Made by a program: the position numbers and the translations under genes
Notes under the pieces: generated by a model
Databases searched by the model: none
Seen by the model: the letters and a program-made list of their open reading frames with translations, nothing else
Told to the model about the DNA's origin: nothing
In this document: positions 12,501 to 24,194 of the stretch, piece by piece
Position numbering within the stretch: position 1 is the stretch's first letter
How the letters are laid out: each line of letters starts with the position of its first letter
NCBI RefSeq assembly: GCF_009914755.1
Contig: NC_060946.1
Strand: one strand, 5' to 3'
Source: the human T2T-CHM13v2.0 reference genome, Homo sapiens
Length of the DNA: 64,000 bases

Positions 12501-15500
12501 CTGCCTACAGGGTGCTTTGTGACGTGTCCCAGCAAGCATTACCCAGGTGATGTACCTCTCATCAAGGCTCTGCCTACAGGCACATTGCGATGTATCTCTG
12601 CACTGATCACCTCGGTCATGTAACCTTTTTCTAGGCTCTACCTACGATGGCATTGTGACATATCTCTGCACTAATCATTCAAGAGATGTAACTCTTGTCT
12701 AGGATGTGCCTAAATTAACTTTTTGACATAACCCTGTACTGATCATCCAGGTGATGGAGCTTTTGTCTAGGCTCTGCCTAAGGGGTCATTGTGACATATT
12801 TCTGCATTGATCACCCAGGTGGCGAACTCTTCTCTCGAATCGGCCTATGGGGGCATTGTGAGAAATCTCTGCACTGATCACCCAGGTGATGTAACTGTTG
12901 TGTAACCTCTGCCTACAGGGGAATTGTGAGAGATCTCGTCACTCATTACCCAAGTGATGTAACCATTGTCTAGGCTTTGCCTACAGGGGGCTTTGTGACA
13001 TACCTTTTCACTGATCACCCAGGTGATGTAACACATCTAAGTTCGGCCTAAAGGAGCTTTGTGACATAAATCTGCACTGATCACTTAGGTGATGTAACAC
13101 TTTTATAATCACTGCCTACAGGGAATTTTGACAAATCTCTGCACTGATCACCTAGGTGATGTAACTCTTGTCTACCCTCTGTCCAACGGTGCATTGTGAA
13201 ATATCTCTACACTGATCAACCAGGTGATTCAACTCTTGACTAGGAACTGCCTACAGATGTTATTGTGAAATATCTCTGCACTGATAAACTAGGTGGTGTA
13301 ACCCTTGTCCTAGCTCGCCTACAGGGTCGTTTCCACATATCCCTGAATTGATGACAAAGGTGATGTAACCCTTGCCTAGGCTTTGCCTAAAGGGAACATT
13401 GGACATATATCTGCACTGATCACCCAGGTGATGCAACTCTTGCCTAGGCTTTGCCTATAGGGGACATTGTGACATATCTCTTCAATGATCACTCATGTGA
13501 TGCATCTCTTGCCTAGGCTTTGCCTACAGCTGACATTGTGACATATCTCTGCACTGATCTCCCAGGTGCTGTAACTTTATTCTAGGCTCTGGCTACAAGG
13601 CATTGTGACCTACCTCTGCACTGATCACCCAGGTGATATAACTCTTCTCTAGGGTCTGCCTACAGGGTACTTTGTGACATATCCCTGCACTGATCACCCA
13701 GGTGATCTAACTCTGGTCTAAGCTCTGCCTAAAGGAGCATTGTGACAGATCTCTGCACTGATCACTCTGGTGATGTAAGTATTGTCTAGGCTCTGCTTCA
13801 AGGGGCCTTGTCACATATCTCTGCAGTGATGACCCAGGTGATGTAACTCTTGTCTAGACTCTGCTTCCAGGGCATATTGTGACATATCTATGCACTGATC
13901 ACCTTAGTGATGTAACACTTTGGTAGGCTCGGCCTACAGCTGAATCTTGACATATCTCTGCACTGTTAACCGAGGTGATTTAACTCTTGTCTAGTCTGTG
14001 CCCACAGGGGAATTGAGACATATCTCTGCACTGATCCCGAGGTGATACAAGTCTTGCCTGGTCTCTGCCTACTGTGGACATTGGGACATATCTCTGCACT
14101 GATCTCCCAGGTGCTGTAACTTTAGACTAGGCTCTGGCTACACGGCATTGTGACATATCACTGCACTGATCACCCAGGCGATATAACTCTTCTCTAGGAT
14201 CTGACTACAGGGTGCTTTGTGACATATCCCTGCAATGATCACCCAGGTGATATACCACTTGCCAAGGCTCTGCCTACAGGGGCATTGCAATGTATCTCTG
14301 CACTGATCACCTAGGTCCCGTAGCTATTTTCTAGGATCTGCCTACAGGGTGCTTTGTGACGTGTCCTAGCAAGGATTACCCAGGTGATGTACCTCTCATC
14401 AAGGCTCTGCCTACAGGCACATTGTGATGTATCTCTGCACTGATTACCTAGGTCTTGTAACTTTTTTCTAGGCTCTACCTACGATGGCATTGTGACATAT
14501 CTCTGCACTAATCATCCAAGTGATGTAACTCTTGTCTAGGATGTGCCTAAATTAACTTTTTGACATAACCCTGTACTGATCATCCAGGTGATGGAGCTTT
14601 TGTCTAGGCTCTGCCTAAGGGGGCATTGTGACATATTTCTGCATTGATCACCCAGGTGGCGAACTCTTCTCTCGGATCTGCCTATGGGGGCATTGTGAGA
14701 AACCTCTGCACTGATCACCCAGGTGATGTAACTGTTGTGTAACCTCTGCCTACAGGGGAATTGTGAGAGATCTCGTCACTGATTACCCAAGTGATGTAAC
14801 CATGGTCTAGGCATTGCGTACAGGGGGCTTTGTGACATACCTTTGCACTGATTACCCGGGTGATGTAACACATCTAAGTTCGGCCTAAAGGAGCCTTGTG
14901 ACATATCTCCGCAGTAATCACTTAGGTGATTTAACACTTTTATAATCACTGCCTACAGGGAAATTTGACAAATCTCTGCACTGACCACCTAGGTTATGTA
15001 ACTCTTGTCTACCCTCTGTCCAACGGGGCATTGTGAATTGTCTCTGCACTGATAACCCAGGTGATTCAACTCTTGACTAGGAACTGCCTACAGAGGTTAT
15101 TGTGAAATATCTCTGCACTGATAAACTAGTTGGTGTAACCCTTGTCCAAGCTCTGCCTACAGGGGCGTTTCCACATATCCCTGAACTGGTGACAAAGGTG
15201 ATGTAACCCTTGCCTAGGCTTTGCCTACAGGGAACATTGGACAAATATCTGCACTGATCACCCAGGTGATGCAACTCTTGCCTAGGCTTTGCCTACAGGG
15301 GACATTGTGACATATCTCTTCAATGATCACTCATGTGATGCATCTCTTACCTAGGCTTTGCCTACAGGGGACATTGTGACATATCTCTGCACTGATCTCC
15401 CAGGTGCTGTAACTTTAGTCTAGGCTCTGGCTACACGGCATTGTGACCTACCTCTGCACTGATCACCCAGGTGATATAACTCTTCTCTAGGATCTGCCTA

Positions 15501-16372
15501 CAGGGTACTTTGTGACATATCCCTGCACTGATCACCCAGGTGATCTAACTCTGGTCTAAGCTCTGCCTAAAGGTGCATTGTGACAGATCTCTTCACTGAT
15601 CACTCTTGTGATGTAAATATTGTCTAGGCTCTGCTTCAAGGGGCCTTGTCACATATCTCTGCACTGATCACCCAGGTGATGTAACACTTGTCTAGGCTCT
15701 GCTTCCAGGGCATATTGTGACATATCTATGCACTGATCACCTTAGTGATGTTACACTTTGGTAGGCTCGGCCTACAGGGAATCTTGACATATCTCTGCAC
15801 TGTTAACCGAGGTGATTTAACTCTTGTCTAGGCTGTGCCCACAGGGGGATTGAGACATATCTCTGCCCTGATCCCGAGGTGATACAACTCTTGCCTGGTC
15901 TCTGCCTACTGTGGACATTGTGACATATCTCTTCACTGATCTCCCAGGTGCTGTAACTTTAGTCTAGGCTCTGGCTACACGGCATTGTGACATATCACTG
16001 CACTGATCACCCAGGCGATATAACACTTCTCTAGGATCTGACCACAGGGTGCTTTGTGACATATCCCTGCAATGATCACCCAGGTGATATACCACTTGCC
16101 AAGGCTCTGCCTACAGGGGCATTGCAATGTATCTCTGCACTGATCACCTAGGTCTTGTAGCTATTTTCTAGGATCTGCCTACAGGGTGCTTTGTGACGTG
16201 TCCCAGCAAGGATTACCCAGGTGATGTACCTCTCATCAAGGCTCTGCCTACAGGCACATTGTGGTGTATCTCTGCACTGATCACCTAGGTCATGTAACTA
16301 TTTTCTAGGCTCTACCTACGATGGCATTGTGACATATCTCTGCACTAATCATCCAAGTGATGTAACTCTTGT
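3510..16372 (-). repeat. Block of seven 27-monomer HOR units (1837-1838 bp)
   Basis: Landmarks at 3510, 5348, 7186, 9023, 10861, 12699, 14536 and 16373. Six units have the M14/M15 fusion (…GGCATTGTGACCTAC…); unit 7186-9022 has an M12/M13 fusion instead. Confidence 0.9.
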
Positions 16373-19300
16373 CTAGGATGTGCCTAAATTAACTTTTTGA
16401 CATAACCCTGTACTGATCATCCAGGTGATGGAGCTTTTGTCTAGGCTCTGCCTAAGGGGGCATTGTGACATATTTCTGCATTGATCACCCAGGTGGCGAA
16501 CTCTTCTCTCGGATATGCCTATGGGGGCATTGTGAGAAATCTCTGCACTGATAACCCAGGTGATGTAACTGTTGTGTAACCTCTGCCTACAGGGGAACTG
16601 TGAGAGATCTCGTCACTGATTACCCAAGTGATGTAACCGTTGTCTAGGCTTTGCATACAGGGGGCTTTGTGACATACCTTCGCACTGATCACCCAGGTGA
16701 TGTAACACATCTAAGTTCGGCGTAAAGGAGCTTTGTGACATATCTCTGCAGTGATCACTTAGGTGATGTAACACTTTTATAATCACTGCCTACAGGGAAT
16801 TTTGACAAATCTCTGCACTGATCACCTAGGTGATGTAACACTTGTCTACCGTCTGTCCAACGGGGCATTGTGAAATATCTCTGCACGGATCACCCAGGTG
16901 ATTCAACTCTTGACTAATAACTGCCTACAGAGGTTATTGTGAAATATCTCTGCACTGATAAACTAGGTGGTGTAACCCTTGTCCAAGCTCTGCCTACAGG
17001 GGCGTTTCCACATATCCCTGAACTGATGACAAAGGTGATGTAACTCTTGCCTAGGCTTTGCCTACAGGGAACATTGGACATATATCTGCACTGATCACCC
17101 AGGTGATGCAACTCTTGCCTAGGCTTTGCCTACAGGGGACATTGTGACATATCTCTTCAATGATCACCCATGTGATGCATCTCTTGCCTAGGCTTTGCCT
17201 ACAGGGGACATTGTGACATATCTCTGCACTGATCTCCCAGGTGCTGTAACTTTAGTCTAGGCTCTGGCTACACGGCATTGTGACATATCACTGCACTGAT
17301 CAACCAGGTGATATAACTCTTGTATAGGCTCTGCCTACAGGGGGATTGTGACCTACCTCTGCAGTGATCACCCAGGTGATATAACTCTTCTCTAGGATCT
17401 GCCTACAGGGTACTTTGTGACATATCCCTGCACTGATCATCCAGGTGATCTATCTCTGATCTAAGCTCTGCCTAAAGGGGCATTGTGACAGATCTCTGCA
17501 CTGATCACTCTGGTGATGTAAGTATTTTCTAGGCTCTGCTTCAAGGGGCCTTGTCACATATCTCTGCACTGATCACCCAGGTGATGTAACTCTTGTCTAG
17601 GCTCTGCTTCCAGGGCATATTGTGACATATCTATGCACTGATCACCTTAGTGATGTAACACTTTGGTAGGCTCGGCCTATAGGGGAATCTTGACAAATCT
17701 CTGCACTGTTAACCGAGGTGATTTAACTCTTGTCTAGGCTGTGCCCACAGGGGGATTGAGACATATCTCTGCACTGATCCCGAGGTGATACAACTCTTGC
17801 CTGGTCTCTGCCTACTGTGGACATTGTGACATATCTCTGCACTGATCTCCCAGGTGCTGTAACTATAGTCTAGGCTCTGGCTACACGGCATTGTGACATA
17901 TCACTGCACTGATCACCCAGGCGATATAACTCTTCTCTAGGATCTGACCACAGGGTGCTTTGTGACATATCCCTGCAATGATCACCCAGGTGATATACCA
18001 CTTGCCAAGGCTCTGCCTACAGGGGAATTGCAATGTATCTCTGCACTGATCACCTAGGTCTTGTAGCTATTTTCTAGGATCCGCCTACAGGGTGCTTTGT
18101 GACGTGTCCCAGCAAGGATTACCCAGGTGATGTACCTCTCATCAAGGCTCTGCCTACAGGCACATTGTGATGTATCTCTGCACTGATCACCTAGGTCATG
18201 TAACTATGTTCTAGGCTCTACCTACGATGGCATTGTGACATATCTCTGCACTAATCATCCAAGTGATGTAACTCTTGTCTAGGATGTGCCTAAATTAACT
18301 TTTTGACATAACCCTGTACTGATCATCCAGGTGATGGAGCTTTTGTCTAGGCTTTGCCTAAGGGGGCATTGTGACATATTTCTGCATTGATCACCCAGGT
18401 GGCGAACTCTTCTCTCGTATCTGCCTATGGGGGCATTGTGAGAAATCTCTGCACTGATAACCCAGGTGATGTAACGGTTGTGTAACCTCTGCCTACAGGG
18501 GAACTGTGAGAGATCTCGTCACTGATTACCCAAGTGATGTAACCGTTCTCTAGGCTTTGCATACAGGGGGCTTTGTGACATACCTTTGCACTGATCACCC
18601 AGGTGATGTAACACATCTAAGTTCGGCCTAAAGGAGCTTTGTGACATATCTCTGCACTGATCACTTAGGTGATGTAACACTTTTATAATCACTGCCTACA
18701 GGGAATTTTGACAAATCTCTGCACTAATCACCTAGGTGATGTAACTCTTGTCTACCCTCTGTCCAACGGGGCATTGTGAAATATCTCTGCACTGATCACC
18801 CAGGTGATTCAACTCTTGACTAGGAACTGCCTACAGAGGTTATTGTGAAATATCTCTGCACTGATAAAATAGGTGGTGTAACCCTTGTCCAAGCTCTGCC
18901 TACAGGGGCGTTTCCACATATCCCTGAACTGATGACAGAGGTGATGTAACTCTTGCCTAGGCTTTGCCTACAGGGAACATTGGACATATATCTGCACTGA
19001 TCACCCAGGTGATGCAACTCTTGCCTAGGCTTTGCCTACAGGGGACATTGTGACATATCTCTTCAATGATCACTCATGTGATGCATCTCTTGCCTAGGCT
19101 TTGCCTACAGGGATATTGTGACATATCTCTGCACTGATCTCCAGGTGCTGTAACTTTAGTCTAGGCTCTGGCTACACGGCATTGTGACATATCACTGCAC
19201 TAATCAACCAGGTGATATAACTCTTGTATAGGCTCTGCCTACAGGGGGATTGTGACCTACCTCTGCACTGATCACCCAGGTGATATAACTCTTCTCTAGG

Positions 19301-22086
19301 ATCTGCCTACAGGGTACTTTGTGACATATCCCTGCACTGATCACCCAGGTGATCTATCTCTGGTCTAAGCTCTGCCTAAAGGGGCATTGTGACAGATCTC
19401 TGCACTGATCACTCTGGTGATGTAAGTATTTTCTAGGCTCTGCTTCAAGGGGCCTTGTCACATATCTCTGCACTGATCACCCAGGTGATGTAACTCTTGT
19501 CTAGGCTCTGCTTCCAGGGCATATTGTGACATATCTATGCACTGATCACCTTAGTGATGTAACACTTTGGTAGGCTCGGCCTACAGGGAATCTTGACATA
19601 TCTCTGCACTGTTAACCGAGGTGATTTAACTCTTCTCTAGGCTGTGCCCACAGGGGGATTGAGACATATCTCTGCCCTGATCCCGAGGTGATACAACTCT
19701 TGCCTGGTCTCTGCCTACTGTGGACATTGTGACATATCTCTGCACTGATCTCCCAGGTGCTGTAACTTTAGTCTAGGCTCTGGCTACACGGCATTGTGAC
19801 ATATCACTGCACTGATCACCCAGGCGATATAACTCTTCTCTAGGATCTGACCACAGGGTGCTTTGTGACATATCCATGCAATGATCACCCAGGTGATATA
19901 CCACTTGCCAAGGCTCTGCCTACAGGGGCATTGCAATGTATCTCTGCACTGATCACCTAGGTCTTGTAGCTATTTTCTAGGATCTGCCTACAGGGTGCTT
20001 TGTGACGTGTCCCAGCAAGGATTACCCAGGTGATGTACCTCTCATCAAGGCTGTGCCTACAGGCACATTGTGATGTATCTCTGCACTGATCACCTAGGTC
20101 ATGTAACTATTTTCTAGGCTCTACCTACGATGGCATTGTGACATATCTCTGCACTAATCATCCAAGTGATGTAACTCTTGTCTAGGATGTGCCTAAATTA
20201 ACTTTTTGACATAACCCTGTACTGATCATCCAGGTGATGGAGCTTTTGTCTAGGCTCTGCCTAAGGGGGCATTGTGACATATTTCTGCATTGATCACCCA
20301 GGTGGCGAACTCTTCTCTCGGATATGCCTATGGGGGCATTGTGAGAAATCTCTGCACTGATAACCCAGGTGATGTAACGGTTGTGTAACCTCTGCCTACA
20401 GGGGAACTGTGAGAGATCTCGTCACTGATTACCCAAGTGATGTAACCGTTGTCTAGGCTTTGCATACAGGGGGCTTTGTGACATACCTTCGCACTGATCA
20501 CCCAGGTGATGTAACACATCTAAGTTCGGCCTAAAGGAGCTTTGTGACATATCTCTGCAGTGATCACTTAGGTGATGTAACACTTTTATAATCACTGCCT
20601 ACTGGGAATTTTGACAAATCTCTGCACTGATCACCTAGGTGATGTAAGTCTTGTCTACCCTCTGTCCAACGGGGCATTGTGAAATATCTCTGTACTGATC
20701 ACCCAGGTGATTCAACTCTTGACTAGTAACTGCCTACAGAGGTTATTGTGAAATATCTCTGCACTGATAAACTAGGTAGTGTAACACTTGTCCAAGCTCT
20801 GTCTACAGGGGCGTTTCCACATATCCCTGAACTGATGACAAAGGTGATGTAACTCTTGCCTAGGCTTTGTCTACAGGGAACATTGGACATATATCTGCAC
20901 TGATCACCCAGGTGATGCAACTCTTGCCTAGACTTTGCCTACAGGGGACATTGTGACATATCTCTTCAATGATCACTCATTTGATGCATCTCTTGCCTAG
21001 GCTTTGCCTACAGGGACATTGTGACATATCTCTGCACTGATCTCCCAGGTGCTGTAACTTTAGTCTAGGCTCTGGCTACACGGCATTGTGACATATCACT
21101 GCACTGATCAACCAGGTGATATAACTCTTGTATAGGCTCTGCCTACAGGGGGATTGTGACCTACCTCTGCACTGATCACCCAGGTGATATAACTCTTCTC
21201 TAGGATCTGCGTACAGGGTACTTTGTGACACATCCCTGCACTGATCACCCAGGTGATCTAACTCTGGTCTAAGCTCTGCCTAAAGGGGCATTGTGACAGA
21301 TCTCTCTACTGATCAGTCTGGTGATGTAAGTATTGTCTAAGCTCTGCTTCAAGGGGCCTTGTCACATATCTCTGCACTGATCACCCAGGTGATGTAACTC
21401 TTGTCTAGGTTCTGCTTCCAGGGCATATTTTGATATATCTATACACTGATCACCTCAGTGATGTAACACTTTGGTAGGCTCGGCCTACAGGGGAATCTTG
21501 ACATATCTCTGCACTGTTAACCGAGGTGATTTAACACTTGTCTAGGCTGTGCCCACAGGGGGATTGAGACATATCTCTGCACTGATCCCGAGGTGATACA
21601 ACTCTTGCCTGGTCTCTGCCTAGTGTGGACATTGTGACATATCTCTGCACTGATCTCCCAGGTGCTGTAACTTTAGTCTGGGCTCTGGCTACACGGCATT
21701 GTGACATATCACTGCACTGATCACCCAGGCGATATAACTCTTCTCTAGGATCTGACCACAGGGTGCTTTGTGACATATCCCTGCAATGATCACCCAGGTG
21801 ATATACCACTTGCCAAGGCTCTGCCTACAGGGGCATTGCAATGTATCTCTGCACTGATCACCTAGGTCTTGCAGCTATTTTCTAGGATCTGCCTACAGGG
21901 TGCTTTGTGACGTGTCCTAGCAAGGATTACCCAGGTGATGTACCTCTCATCAAGGCTCTGCCTACAGGCACATTGTGATGTATCTCTGCACTGATCACCT
22001 AGGTCATGTAACTTTTTTCTAGGCTCTACCTACGATGGCATTGTGACATAACTCTGCACTAATCATCCACGTGATGTAACTCTTGT
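16373..22086 (-). repeat. Block of three 28-monomer HOR units (1906, 1903, 1905 bp)
   Basis: Landmarks at 16373, 18279, 20182 and 22087. All contain intact M14 and M15; length differences are 1-bp indels in G/C runs. Confidence 0.9.
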
Positions 22087-24194
22087 CTAGGATGTGCCTA
22101 AATTAACTTTTTGACATAACCCTGTACTGATCATCCAGGTGATGGAGCTTTTGTCTAGGCTCTGCCTAAGGGGGCATTGTGACATATTTCTGCATTGATC
22201 ACCCAGGTGGCGAACTCTTCTCTCGGATCTGCCAATGGGGGCATTGTGAGAAATCTCTGCACTGATCACCCAGGTGATGTAACTGTTGTGTAACCTCTGC
22301 CTACAGGGGAATTGTGAGAGATCTCGTCACTGATTACCCAAGTGATGTAACAATTGTCTAGGCTTTGCGTACAGGGGGCTTTGTGACATACCTTTGCACT
22401 GATCACCCAGGTGATGTAACACATCTAAGTTCGGCCTAAAGGAGCTTTGTGACATATCTCTGCACTGATCACTTAGGTGACGTAACACTTTTATAATCAC
22501 TGCCTACAGGGAATTTTGACAAATCTCTGCACTGATCACCTAGGTGATGTCACTCTTGTCTATCCTCTGTCCAACGGGGCATTGTGAAATGTCTCTGCAC
22601 TGATCACCCAGGTGATTCAACTCTTGACTAGGAACTGCCTACAGAGGTTATTGTGAAATATCTCTGCACTGATAAACTTGGTGGTGTAACTCTTGTCCAA
22701 GCTCTGCCTACAGGGGCGTTTCCACATATCCCTGAACTGATGACAAAGGTGATGTAACTCTTGCCTAGGCTTTGCCTACAGGGAATATTGGACATATATC
22801 TGCACTGATCACCCAGGTGATGCAACTCTTGCCTAGGCTTTGCCTACAGGGGACATTGTGACATATCTCTTCAATGATCACTCATTTGATGCATCTCTTG
22901 CCTAGGCTTTGCCTACAGGGACATTGTGACATATCTCTGCACTGATCTCCCAGGTGCTGTAACTTTAGTCTAGGCTCTGGCTACACGGCATTGTGACATA
23001 TCACTGCACTGATCAACCAGGTGATATAACTCTTGTATAGGCTCTGCCTACAGGGGGATTGTGACCTACCTCTGCACTGATCACCCAGGTGATGTAACTC
23101 TTCTCTAGGATCTTCCTACAGGGTACTTTGTGACATATCCCTGCACTGATCACCCAGGTGATCTAACTCTGGTCTAAGCTCTGCCTAAAGGGGCATTTTG
23201 ACAGATCTCTGCACTGATCAGTCTGGTGATGTAAGTATTCTCTAGGCTCTGCTTCAAGGGGCCTTGTCACATATCTCTGCACTGATCACCCAGGTGATGT
23301 AACTCTTGTCTAGGCTCTGCTTCCAGGGCATATCGTGACATATGTATGCACTGATCACCTTAGTGATGTAACACTTTTGTAGGCTCGGCCTACAGGGGAA
23401 TCTTGACATATCTCTGCACTGTTAACCGAGGTGATTTAACTCTTGTCTAGGCTGTGCCCACAGGGGGATTGAGACATATCTCTGCACTGATCCCGAGGTG
23501 ATACAAGTCTTGCCTGATCTCTGCCTACTGTGGACATTGTGACATATCTCTGCACTGATCTCCCAGGTGCTGTAACTTTAGTCTAGGCTCTGGCTACACG
23601 GCATTGTGACATATCCCTGCACTGATCACCCAGGTGATCTAACTCTGGTCTAAGCTCTGCCTAAAGGGGCATTGTGACAGATTTCTGCACTGATCACTCT
23701 GGTGATGTAAGTTTTGTCTAGGCTCTGCTTCAAGGGGCCTTGTCACATATCTCTGCACTGATCTCCCAGGTGCTGTAACTTTAGTCTAGGCTCTGGCTAC
23801 ACGGCATTGTGACATATCACTGCACTGATCACCCAGGCGATATAACTCTTCTCTAGGATCTGACCACAGGGTGCTTTGTGACATATCCCTGCAATGATCA
23901 CCCAGGTGATATACCACTTGCCAAGGCTCTGCCTACAGGGGCATTGCAATGTATCTCTGCACTGATCACCTAGGTCTTGTAGCTATTTTCTAGGATCTGC
24001 CTACAGGGTGCTTTGTGACGTGTCCCAGCAAGGATTACCCAGGTGATGTACCTCTCATCAAGGCTCTGCCTACAGGCATATTGTGATGTATCTCTTCACT
24101 GATCACCTCGGTCATGTAACTATTTTCTAGGCTCTCCCTACAATGGCATTGTGACATATCTCTGCACTAATCATCCAAGTGATGTAACTCTTGT
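22087..24194 (-). repeat. 31-monomer HOR variant (28-mer plus a 3-monomer chimeric insert)
   Basis: Spacing 2108 bp. The extra 203 bp lies at 23568-23770 and reads M23/M16 hybrid, M17, M18/M22 hybrid. Confidence 0.88.

Noticed and set aside
18279-20181. 1-3 bp length differences among units (e.g. 1903 vs 1906 bp)
   Set aside because: Mostly single-base indels in G or C runs, which could be slippage or sequencing error. Not treated as structural variants.
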